NCBI GenBank assembly: GCA_964471565.1
Contig: CAYYFK010000002.1
Span: 849 to 64,848, forward strand
DNA length: 64,000 nt
Direction: 5' to 3'
DNA from: Candidatus Woesearchaeota archaeon
GTDB lineage: Archaea > Nanobdellota > Nanobdellia > SCGC-AAA011-G17 > PNOQ01
Position numbers and translations under genes: made by a program. Below the pieces are notes generated by a model. That model searched no databases. It was not told where the DNA came from and saw nothing but the letters and a program-made list of their open reading frames with translations. Shown here in pieces: positions 28,572-37,217 of this stretch (position 1 is the stretch's first letter; every line of letters begins with the position of its first letter).

Positions 28572-29033
28572 ATGTTATACTTCGAACAAATCCTAACAAT
28601 TGCGCTTTTTACTCTGATACCCTTGCTAGAGCTTAGAGCAAGCATACCGATAGGAATTGGCATGGGTGTACCTTGGCCAATTGTTTTTATTACCGCAGTT
28701 GTAGCTAATATTCTACTGGGTCCACTAATTTATATTTTTCTAGATAAATTTATTCATTTACTAATAAGATATAAATTATTTAGAGTTCCTTATAATAAGT
28801 TAGTAAGAAGAACACAAAGAAGAATTCATAAAAAAGTAGAGAAATACGGAGAATGGGCGGTAGCGCTTTTTATAGCAGTTCCATTACCGGGAAGCGGAAG
28901 CTATTCTGGAGCGTTAGCAGCATATCTAATAGGACTAGGATATAAAAAATTCATAATTGCAAATATTATTGGAGTATTAATAGCTGGGATTATAATAACA
29001 TTAGCATCTTTAGGGCTTTTTTCTCTTCTTTAA
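28572..29033 (+). CDS. small multidrug-export-like membrane protein (COG2426-like)
   Basis: Four TM helices with LELRASIPIGIGMG and LPGSGSYSGALAAYLIG motifs. Confidence 0.45.
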   Translation: MLYFEQILTIALFTLIPLLELRASIPIGIGMGVPWPIVFITAVVANILLGPLIYIFLDKFIHLLIRYKLFRVPYNKLVRRTQRRIHKKVEKYGEWAVALFIAVPLPGSGSYSGALAAYLIGLGYKKFIIANIIGVLIAGIIITLASLGLFSLL

Positions 29034-29546
29034 AAAACTCTTTTCATAAAAATATTTCAAATCAGAATAATAAGGTATTTTATCTACTTTGAACTTCTTA
29101 ACCAAAAATATCCAAACCAAAGCAATATACACTCCAGAAACAAAGTTCCAGAACAAAAGATGAACTGCATCAAAATAACTAGCCCCGAATTCAACGTTTA
29201 AAACAACTAATATTACAATTCTTAGGAGATTCATGCCCAAAATTAGCAAACTTCCTAAGAGAAACATTTTCAAACCTTTTTTCCAATTTAAATTCTTTAA
29301 ACCAATAATAAGAATAAATAATAAATAATATGCTGCAGGGGCAACACAAGCCTCAATAAATTTAAATCCTGTATCCCCTATACCTATACTATCTCTAATT
29401 AGCAAAACATCATAAAACAAATTTAATAAAAAATAGCTCAAATTAACAGTAATTGGTGCCAAAATAACATAAAATATAGGATAACCAAGGGTAACACCCA
29501 AAATAATAAGAAATCTTACAATTAATTGATAATAATACTTAATCAT
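29010..29546 (-). CDS. archaeosortase/exosortase-like mini membrane protein (pacearchaeosortase-like)
   Basis: 178 aa, 5-6 TM; candidate active-site Cys (IEACVAPAAYY) and Arg (NLLRIVIL) in exosortase-like positions; divergent from a C-terminally anchored surface protein. Confidence 0.45.
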   Translation of the reverse strand: MIKYYYQLIVRFLIILGVTLGYPIFYVILAPITVNLSYFLLNLFYDVLLIRDSIGIGDTGFKFIEACVAPAAYYLLFILIIGLKNLNWKKGLKMFLLGSLLILGMNLLRIVILVVLNVEFGASYFDAVHLLFWNFVSGVYIALVWIFLVKKFKVDKIPYYSDLKYFYEKSFLKKRKKP

Positions 29547-29664
29547 AGCAATATCTTTAAGAAATAAACTTATAAAATTAACTCTTAGAAACCTATAGAA
29601 ACCTTTATAAGCGATTCACAACTCCACAAGTGTAACAAAATATCGATATTATGGGGGTTTCAGA

Positions 29665-31308
29665 ATGAACAAAAAAATATCATTTTTAGGAGTATTTTTG
29701 CTTTTAATAGCTGTTTTTGCTAATGCATCTGTAACTTCTGAAAATGTCACAGACTCAGTAAATCCGGGAGAAATAGTATCCGGAGAGTTCACGTTACTTA
29801 ATGATTATGGTACAAATTATTCAAATGTGACCTTTGAGTTGGGGATTTTAGGGTTAATTGAAGAAGATGTAACATTTAATCCAGAGATTATAACCCAATT
29901 TGACATTGATCAGGAAGAAACAGTTGAATTCAGTTTTAAAGTGCCAGAGCACCAAGAGACTGGAACATATACAGGAAAAATAACTGTAAAAGCAGATGAT
30001 GGAGCAACAGTTGTAGAAACTGATGCACTTGTATTTGATTTTGATGTTAATGAACAAAGAGCATTTAGTATAAGTCCAACTGAAGACACAATTTCTGTTG
30101 ATCAAGGAGAATCAGAAGATTTATTTCTTGATATCACAAACGATGGTAACGTTATTTATGACTTAGTAACACTTACTTTTGATTTAGATGAACCATTTGA
30201 AGATGATGGTGGAAATCAAATTGAAGTAACATTTGATCAAAACGATTTTACATTAAATCCAGGTCAAACAAAACAAGTTACTATAACAGTTACACCAGAA
30301 GAAGATCAATACTTGGGTTACTTAACTGAAAATATTCAGGTTATAGCTAAAGCTGGAGACATAGAAGATCTAAAAGAATTTGAACTAACTGTTGATACAA
30401 CATCAGATATCGTTGAAGTTGAATTAGACGACGACGATTTAGATGATGAATTAGAACCGGGCGATACATTCCATTTCGAAATAGATGTAGAAAACATAGC
30501 AGACTATGATTTGGAAGACATCGAAGTTAAGGTGTGGGTTATAGACATTGACAGTGGAAGCGACCTTTCTGAGAAAGCATCAAAATTTGACTTAGATCAT
30601 GGAGATGTTGATGATGTTAGATTTGATTTCGAAGTTCCGTTAAGTGTTGATGAAGAAGAATTTGATATCAAAGTAAGAGTGGAAGGAGAAGATAAAGACG
30701 ATTCAAGTAACAAATTTGAAGTTACAAAAATCTTCAGAAATCAAGTAGATGTAGTTAAAGATAATAGCTATGAAGTCTATTTCGATGATATCAGTTTGTC
30801 TTCAACTGACTTAAGATGTGATTCCGAATTTAGAGTCTCTTTTGACTTGATTAATGTCGGAGATAACAATCTAGATGATATGTATATTAAATTATTTATT
30901 AATGAACTTGATCTAGAATACACATCAGAGACATTCAACCTAGATGCTGATGACGAAGACGATAGAGATAAATCACTTCAATTTAATGTAAGGCTTCCTT
31001 CAAATCTTGAAAAGAATAGTTACGAGATGAAATTTTATGCATATGATGAAGACGATGATCAATTTGATGTTGAATCATATGTAATTAGCGTAACACCATG
31101 TCAAGGTATAGAAGATGCTGATGACGAAGAGATTGTAGTAACATCTAACCAAGATGATAATCAAAATGTTGTATTCCTACCTACAGGATGGGCAGGTCTT
31201 GGATTAAACCAAGATACATGGACAACAATATTTTGGATTTTGGGAGATATTGTCTTAGTGATTGTAGCATTATACTTCTTAGTCTTGTTATTCAAGAAAA
31301 GAAGATAA
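29665..31308 (+). CDS. hyper-acidic repeat surface protein with signal peptide and C-terminal TM plus basic tail (S-layer/sortase-substrate candidate)
   Basis: Signal peptide MNKKISFLGVFLLLIAVFANA; four repeats of about 110 aa; D/E runs (DDDDLDDE, DADDEDDRD); C-terminus LPTGWAGLG...IVLVIVALYFLVLLFKKRR. Confidence 0.55.
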   Translation: MNKKISFLGVFLLLIAVFANASVTSENVTDSVNPGEIVSGEFTLLNDYGTNYSNVTFELGILGLIEEDVTFNPEIITQFDIDQEETVEFSFKVPEHQETGTYTGKITVKADDGATVVETDALVFDFDVNEQRAFSISPTEDTISVDQGESEDLFLDITNDGNVIYDLVTLTFDLDEPFEDDGGNQIEVTFDQNDFTLNPGQTKQVTITVTPEEDQYLGYLTENIQVIAKAGDIEDLKEFELTVDTTSDIVEVELDDDDLDDELEPGDTFHFEIDVENIADYDLEDIEVKVWVIDIDSGSDLSEKASKFDLDHGDVDDVRFDFEVPLSVDEEEFDIKVRVEGEDKDDSSNKFEVTKIFRNQVDVVKDNSYEVYFDDISLSSTDLRCDSEFRVSFDLINVGDNNLDDMYIKLFINELDLEYTSETFNLDADDEDDRDKSLQFNVRLPSNLEKNSYEMKFYAYDEDDDQFDVESYVISVTPCQGIEDADDEEIVVTSNQDDNQNVVFLPTGWAGLGLNQDTWTTIFWILGDIVLVIVALYFLVLLFKKRR

Positions 31309-31371
31309 TTTTTCTTTTTTCTTTTTTAATTTTTGGTTAATTTTATATAATACCTTTCTAAATAATCCAAT

Positions 31372-32133
31372 ATGAGAAAAGAGGATGAAAAAAAAGTAGT
31401 TATAGAACTCAAGGGAGTTTGCAAATACTATCGTATGGGGGAGAACATTGTTAGGGCAGTAGACGGGGCCTCTCTAAAAATTAAGGAAGGAGATTTTGTT
31501 GCAATCATGGGGCCATCTGGTTCTGGAAAATCCACAATGATGAACCTAATAGGAAGTTTAGATGTTCCAACAAAGGGAAAGATATTTTTAGATAGAGAAG
31601 ATATTTCAACATTCAGCGAATCAGATTTAGCTCAATTACGTGGGAAAAAAATAGGATTTATTTTTCAATCATTTAATTTAATTAATAACCTTACTGCAAA
31701 AGAGAATGTTATGATTCCAATGATATTTCAAGACCATGATTTAGATGATAGGAATTTTAGAGCAAATAAATTAATGCAATTAGTTCAACTTACAGATAGA
31801 ATGCATCACTCTCCTGGAGAACTTTCCGGAGGACAGCAACAAAGAGTTGCAATTGCAAGATCATTAGCAAACTCTCCAGAAGTTATTCTTGCAGATGAAC
31901 CAACAGGGAACTTAGATACAAAAACTGGAGCAACAGTTATGGACTTCTTAGAAGATTTAAATAAAAAAGGCAAAACAATAATTATGGTTACCCACGATCC
32001 GGATTTGGCAAAAGACCATGCTGATGTAGTATATTGGCTAAAAGATGGAAAGATTGAAAAAGTAACAAAGAAAAAAAATGGGTGGAGCAAGGAACAAAAT
32101 AAAAAACTAAGCAATCCTAAGGAGAATAAGTAG
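31372..32133 (+). CDS. ABC transporter ATP-binding protein (MacB/LolD/FtsE type)
   Basis: Walker A GPSGSGKST, signature LSGGQQQRVAIARSL, Walker B ILADEPTGNLD, H-loop. Confidence 0.9.
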   Translation: MRKEDEKKVVIELKGVCKYYRMGENIVRAVDGASLKIKEGDFVAIMGPSGSGKSTMMNLIGSLDVPTKGKIFLDREDISTFSESDLAQLRGKKIGFIFQSFNLINNLTAKENVMIPMIFQDHDLDDRNFRANKLMQLVQLTDRMHHSPGELSGGQQQRVAIARSLANSPEVILADEPTGNLDTKTGATVMDFLEDLNKKGKTIIMVTHDPDLAKDHADVVYWLKDGKIEKVTKKKNGWSKEQNKKLSNPKENK

Positions 32134-32134
32134 G

Positions 32135-33358
32135 ATGATAAGTGATTTCTTCTCTCTTGCAATAAAAAACCTTAAACACAGAGGAATTAGGTCATGGCTA
32201 ACATTATTAGGAATATTTATTGGAGTAACAGCAGTAGTTTCTTTAATCTCGCTAGGAAACGGTCTTCAATTAGCTGTTGCAAGCCAGTTAGGAATTAGTG
32301 CAAATGAATTGGTCACCGTCCAAGCTGGAGGTTTAAGTGGTTTTGGTCCACCAGGAAGTAATGTAGTTGACCCACTTACTCAAGATGATGCAGATGCTAT
32401 AGAAAGGCTAAGTAGTGTTGAAAATGCTGTAAGAAGAAATATTAATTCTGGCAAGATAGAATTCAATGATGTTATTCAATTTAGGTATGTAGGGAGTTTA
32501 CCTGAAAACAAAGCAGATAGAGATTTGATATACACACAATTAGACACAGAAATACTTTCTGGGAGACTAATAAAAGGAGGAGATTCAGGAAAGGTATTAC
32601 TAGGTTATAATTTTTATAATAAACCAGAGGAATGGGATGGAAAATCTGCATCTATCGGAAAAAGCATATCTGTAAATGATAAAAACTTCGAAATAATTGG
32701 AATTCTTGATAAACAAGGAAGCATTATTATGGATAATGTTGTCGTTATGAATGAAGGGGATATGAAAGATCTCTTTGGATTTGGTGACGAAGCAGGAATA
32801 ATAGTTGTAGAGCCAAAAGATAAAGAAAAAATACACAAAACAAAACAAGATATTGAAAAATTAATGAGACAAAGAAGGGGAGTTGATGAGGGAGAAGAAG
32901 ACTTTGAGGTAAGTACCCCGGAAGCAACACTATCTACAGTAAATGACATACTTACAGGTGTTCAGATCTTTATAGCAATAGTAGCACTTATCTCTGTCTT
33001 TATTGGGGCAATAGGAATAGTAAATACTATGACAACCTCCGTTCTAGAAAGAAGAAAAGAAATTGGGATTATGAAATCAGTTGGAGCTAAAAATGGCCAT
33101 ATATTTTTACAATTTTTTATAGAATCTAGCTTACTAGGTTTAATAGGAGGAATAATTGGGGCAATATTTGGTACGATTATTGGACTTTCTGGAACAATTG
33201 CGCTAAATAATTTTATGGGGACAGAATTACCATTAAATGTGGATTTTGTATTAATATTTTTCTCTTTATTGGGCAGCTTTCTAATTGGGGGAATTGCAGG
33301 AATAGTTCCAGCAATGAAAGCAGCCAAACAAAATCCAGTGGAGGCACTTAAAGGATGA
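32135..33358 (+). CDS. FtsX/MacB-family ABC permease with large extracytoplasmic domain
   Basis: N-terminal TM, 230-aa external domain, C-terminal 3-TM FtsX module (SVLERRKEIGIMKSVGA); AAGGAG Shine-Dalgarno upstream. Confidence 0.8.
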   Translation: MISDFFSLAIKNLKHRGIRSWLTLLGIFIGVTAVVSLISLGNGLQLAVASQLGISANELVTVQAGGLSGFGPPGSNVVDPLTQDDADAIERLSSVENAVRRNINSGKIEFNDVIQFRYVGSLPENKADRDLIYTQLDTEILSGRLIKGGDSGKVLLGYNFYNKPEEWDGKSASIGKSISVNDKNFEIIGILDKQGSIIMDNVVVMNEGDMKDLFGFGDEAGIIVVEPKDKEKIHKTKQDIEKLMRQRRGVDEGEEDFEVSTPEATLSTVNDILTGVQIFIAIVALISVFIGAIGIVNTMTTSVLERRKEIGIMKSVGAKNGHIFLQFFIESSLLGLIGGIIGAIFGTIIGLSGTIALNNFMGTELPLNVDFVLIFFSLLGSFLIGGIAGIVPAMKAAKQNPVEALKG

Positions 33359-34560
33359 TAAGTTTAGAAAGTATAAGATACTCCCTGAGGAATCTAAAAC
33401 AAAATAAAGGTAGAAGCCTACTAACAATCTTCTCAATATTGGTTGGGATATCAACAATTTTCATTTTCATTAGCTTTGGTTATGGATTATATAATTACAC
33501 AAATGAACTAACCTCTAGCTCGTCAGCAGATAAGGTTCTTATAATGCCAAGAACAGCAGGAGGATTTGGAGCAGTAGAAGGAGTGGTACTAAACGATACT
33601 GACGTAGATGAGATAGAAAAAGCAGCAGGAGTGTATGATGCTACAGGGCTATATTATGATGCAGTATTAGTAAAACAAAATAGTGATCAAAGATATACCT
33701 TCATCATAGGCTATGATCCAAAAAAAGATTTTGTAATGGAGTCTTTCAATATAGATGTAGAAAAGGGGAGGCTACTAAGATCTGGAGATATGAGAAAAGC
33801 AGTCTTGGGATACAATTATTTAATTTCAGATAAAATATTCTCAAAAACATATGATGTAAATGACAATATAGAAGTAAATGGGATCAATCTAAAAGTTGTA
33901 GGTATTATGGAAGAAATTGGAAATCCACAAGATGATTCACAAGTATACATAAGCAACGATCAGTTTGAAGAGATGTTTCCAGACCAAGAATCATACGGAC
34001 AAATAATTGCCAAAGTAGATATAAAAGAGATAGAAAAAGTAAATGAAAATATAGAAAGAAACCTAAGGAAATCTAGAGATGTTGAAGAAGGAAAAGAGGA
34101 TTATTATGTCCAATCATTTGATGAATTAATTGAACAATTTGCCAGCGCTCTAAATATAATAATTGGTTTTGTTATATTAATAGCATTAATTTCTGTTCTA
34201 GTATCAACCATAAATACTGCGAATACAATGATAACCTCTGTGCTTGAAAGATATAAAGAAATAGGAGTATTAAAAGCAATGGGGGCAAAGAACTCAAGTA
34301 TATTTGAAATATTTTTATTCGAAAGTGCATTCCTCGGAATAGTTGCAGGAATAATTGGAGTAGCATTTGGATGGGGAATATCTTATTTGGCAGGAGTAAT
34401 ATTAAAGAGCATGGGCTGGGGATTCTTACAACCATATTTCTCTATATATTTATTTGTGGGGTTGATTTTATTTGCTGGAATAACTGGAGCAATCTCGGGA
34501 GTTTTTCCTGCAGTTAGAGCTTCAAAAACTAATCCAGTAGATGCATTAAGAAATGAATAA
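33355..34560 (+). CDS. FtsX/MacB-family ABC permease (second copy)
   Basis: Same architecture (SVLERYKEIGVLKAMGA); ATGA overlap with upstream permease. Confidence 0.8.
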   Translation: MISLESIRYSLRNLKQNKGRSLLTIFSILVGISTIFIFISFGYGLYNYTNELTSSSSADKVLIMPRTAGGFGAVEGVVLNDTDVDEIEKAAGVYDATGLYYDAVLVKQNSDQRYTFIIGYDPKKDFVMESFNIDVEKGRLLRSGDMRKAVLGYNYLISDKIFSKTYDVNDNIEVNGINLKVVGIMEEIGNPQDDSQVYISNDQFEEMFPDQESYGQIIAKVDIKEIEKVNENIERNLRKSRDVEEGKEDYYVQSFDELIEQFASALNIIIGFVILIALISVLVSTINTANTMITSVLERYKEIGVLKAMGAKNSSIFEIFLFESAFLGIVAGIIGVAFGWGISYLAGVILKSMGWGFLQPYFSIYLFVGLILFAGITGAISGVFPAVRASKTNPVDALRNE

Positions 34561-34579
34561 CAAAAAGTTTATATAGGAA

Positions 34580-35491
34580 ATGTACAAAATGATAAATATG
34601 AAAAAAGAGAGTTTTATTGGGAAAACAATATTAAGTTTAGTATTACTTTTAATTTTTGCAAGTCCGGCCATAGGGGCAACAGGTTCAGGGTGTGACTTGG
34701 GATCATCATTGATAAATCAAGATCCTTATCCAGCATTACCAGGGGAATATGTTGAGATATTATTCCAAATAGATGGGGTAGGAGATTGTGAAGAGGGCGC
34801 TGTAGCAGATTTGTTTTTAGAGTACCCATTTTCTTTAGATGGGGGAGACACAACACGGAGAATAGAATCCCCAACTTATATAGGTGGAGACCACAATTAT
34901 AATTGGAACATTTTATACAAAGTTCGAATAGATAGGGATGCACTGGAGGGAGATTATGATTTGGAGCTTAGATACACAGATGGAAGAGTATTGCCTTCAG
35001 ATGAGTATACTTTTGATAGATTTCCAATAACAATTGAAGATGGAAGAACAGATTTTGAAGTTCATGTAGAAAGCTATAATTTTGAAACTAGAAATTTAGT
35101 TTTAGAAATACTTAACATTGGGAACCAAGATATAGAGGCATTAACTATAGAAATACCAAAACAAGAGAATGTAATTATAAAAAGTTCAAACAGAAATATT
35201 GTTGGAGATTTAGACTCGAATGAATATACAACTGCAGATTTCGAGGCAATTCCTTCAGAAGGAGAAATAGTTATTAGATTACATTATACAGATTCAACTA
35301 ACGAGAGAAGGATGTTAGGAAAAACAGTTTACTATGACCCTGTATATTTTGTAGATTCTTTAGAGAATGTAAAACCAGACAAGACAACTACATATATAGT
35401 TGTAGGGATTATTGTTATTCTAGGAGTTTTCTTATTTTTAAGAAGGCGTAAAAAAAATAAGTCAAAAAAGAAAAACAAATTCGATATTTAA
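34580..35491 (+). CDS. secreted protein with C-terminal TM anchor and poly-Lys tail
   Basis: Signal peptide, 250-aa beta-rich ectodomain, C-terminus YIVVGIIVILGVFLFLRRRKKNKSKKKNKFDI; last gene of the ABC/FtsX operon. Confidence 0.5.
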   Translation: MYKMINMKKESFIGKTILSLVLLLIFASPAIGATGSGCDLGSSLINQDPYPALPGEYVEILFQIDGVGDCEEGAVADLFLEYPFSLDGGDTTRRIESPTYIGGDHNYNWNILYKVRIDRDALEGDYDLELRYTDGRVLPSDEYTFDRFPITIEDGRTDFEVHVESYNFETRNLVLEILNIGNQDIEALTIEIPKQENVIIKSSNRNIVGDLDSNEYTTADFEAIPSEGEIVIRLHYTDSTNERRMLGKTVYYDPVYFVDSLENVKPDKTTTYIVVGIIVILGVFLFLRRRKKNKSKKKNKFDI

Positions 35492-35566
35492 TTCTTTATT
35501 ATCATATTTTTAATATATGGCAAGCGCACTCCCCACCATTATACCAGAAGTTCTAAATAATAATAG

Positions 35567-36316
35567 TTAATATAACCTAAATTGGAAATTATTTCTACTC
35601 CAAAACCACAGGGGAGGATGCATATCTATCGGATTGATTTCAGTTCCATGAAGAATTTCACGCCATCTTTCAGAGATTTTTTCTTTAGTTAGAGACTCAG
35701 ACTCTTCTTTTGTGATTACTTCTAAAATTACGGAGCATTTTGTGATATGTGTATCAGGAGCAATTTCAATGAATTCAGAATTCTTCAATTTTATTTTACC
35801 ATACTCTTGGATAATAAAGCTCCAGTAATTGAAAATCTTTGGGCCAGAGAGATAAGGGAATCCTTTTTTGAATTGTTTTTGAACAATTTCTTTCAACTTT
35901 AGAAAATCATAATCCGCAGATTTCAATAAATTACTAATACTCCCCCAATTTTCTGAGATAGTTTTAGAGATTTTCTGCCATGTAGCAATATGTTTATTGG
36001 GTTGAAGTGCGATTTTATATTTCATCAAGTTCTCTCTTAATTTATCTTCACTAAGATTTGCAGAAGATTTAATATCGAAGACAATTTTTGTTTTAGAATC
36101 ATTAAAGGTTTTCAAAACAGATTCCCAAAGTTTGTAACTATCTCTCTGGTAATTCAAACTCATTGGTAAAGTGAAATAAACTAAACGAGCCTCTTCACCA
36201 TCTTCAGAAAAATCGGGATTTGAATCCTCTGGCATTTTCATATAGCCTAATTTGCCTAATCTATACGCATCTAATAAAATCCTACATTTAGAAATAATTT
36301 CTTCTTTAGAATCCAT
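35567..36316 (-). CDS. hypothetical protein (weak resemblance to HhH-type N-glycosylase/DNA lyase)
   Basis: 249-aa soluble ORF; no firm motif. Confidence 0.3.
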   Translation of the reverse strand: MDSKEEIISKCRILLDAYRLGKLGYMKMPEDSNPDFSEDGEEARLVYFTLPMSLNYQRDSYKLWESVLKTFNDSKTKIVFDIKSSANLSEDKLRENLMKYKIALQPNKHIATWQKISKTISENWGSISNLLKSADYDFLKLKEIVQKQFKKGFPYLSGPKIFNYWSFIIQEYGKIKLKNSEFIEIAPDTHITKCSVILEVITKEESESLTKEKISERWREILHGTEINPIDMHPPLWFWSRNNFQFRLY

Positions 36317-36443
36317 ATGATATCACTTCCTAAGATAAAGAGATTTCCTTTAAATCTTTATCGATTACGAATAAAATTAATAAGATGCTACGTAGGAATT
36401 TATTTAAATAATTTAGTGCACTGCTTCAGGATTAAGGTACTTA

Positions 36444-36514
36444 AGCGCACGCCCGGAATCGAACCGGGGATCAGAGGGTTGCAGCCTCTTGCCTTACCGC
36501 TTGGCCACGTGCGC
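36444..36514 (-). tRNA. tRNA-Cys (anticodon GCA)
   Basis: Minus-strand GCGCACG/CGTGCGC acceptor, anticodon arm AGAGG-CTGCAAC-CCTCT, T-arm CCCGG-TTCGATT-CCGGG, discriminator U; TATA ttttataaata about 25 nt upstream; overlapping track ORF 36317..36544 is spurious. Confidence 0.8.
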
Positions 36515-36533
36515 ACAATGGAAGTACATTCAA

Positions 36534-36547
36534 TATATTTATAAAAG
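36534..36547 (-). promoter_or_regulatory. TATA box for tRNA-Cys
   Basis: Minus-strand cttttataaatata centred about 27 nt upstream of the tRNA 5' end. Confidence 0.4.
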
Positions 36548-36575
36548 TTTTCTCCACCCAGATTTAACTAAAAAA

Positions 36576-37088
36576 ATGAAAATTTCAAGAAAAGTAAGAA
36601 ATGGAGTAACAATAGCAATACTATCTTTAATGCCATTCATAGCTAGCGATACAAGTAAAAAACAAACCGAACAAGTACTAAAAAAGGCTGAAAATATGAG
36701 ATTAATCAATGAATATGATATTTCTCAATTAAATCTTTCAACAAAAGAAGAAAAAGAGTTACAAGCAAGAGTAGAAGAAAAACTAGAAGCTTACACACCA
36801 AAAACAAAATTTGCTCTACCATACATTGGATCAGATGTAAAAACAGAATTACAAGGTATAGACAGAGAAGGGTTCACACTAAAATACAGATTAAATTCAG
36901 ATTTGCCAATCCAATTCAGATTGGGAATGGGGACAAAAACTAAAACAAAATTCAATGGAAATTCAAGTATAGAGGAAATAAACTTTGATCTGTCTAGAAA
37001 GATATTTGGAGCAAACACATTATACCAAGTCAATATATCCCAAGACAATCAACCAGAATATAGGTTCTCATTAAATTTTAATTTTTAA
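36576..37088 (+). CDS. hypothetical secreted/membrane-anchored protein
   Basis: Start moved to the internal Met (MKISRKV...) because the track ORF overlaps tRNA-Cys; N-terminal hydrophobic segment. Confidence 0.4.
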   Translation: MKISRKVRNGVTIAILSLMPFIASDTSKKQTEQVLKKAENMRLINEYDISQLNLSTKEEKELQARVEEKLEAYTPKTKFALPYIGSDVKTELQGIDREGFTLKYRLNSDLPIQFRLGMGTKTKTKFNGNSSIEEINFDLSRKIFGANTLYQVNISQDNQPEYRFSLNFNF

Positions 37089-37094
37089 AAAGAG

Positions 37095-37216
37095 CGGACC
37101 GGAAGGGATTTGAACCCTCGACCCCTAGCTTTCTTCAACTCAGTTTAGAAGGCCTACACAGAAGCATACTAACGCAAAACTTCTTTAGTGCTCTATCCAA
37201 GCTGAGCTACCGATCC
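37095..37216 (-). tRNA. tRNA-like gene with about 50 nt of intervening sequence (intron or introns; anticodon unresolved)
   Basis: Minus strand: acceptor GGATCGG pairs with CCGGTCC (U4-G69); canonical D-arm GTAGCTCAGCTTGGATAGAGC; T-arm GAGGG-TTCAAAT-CCCTT; discriminator G; about 70 nt between D-arm and variable region where only 17-23 nt are expected. Confidence 0.5.
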
Positions 37217-37217
37217 A

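Noticed and set aside
36317-36544. 75-aa plus-strand ORF
   Set aside because: Overlaps tRNA-Cys and its promoter; spurious.
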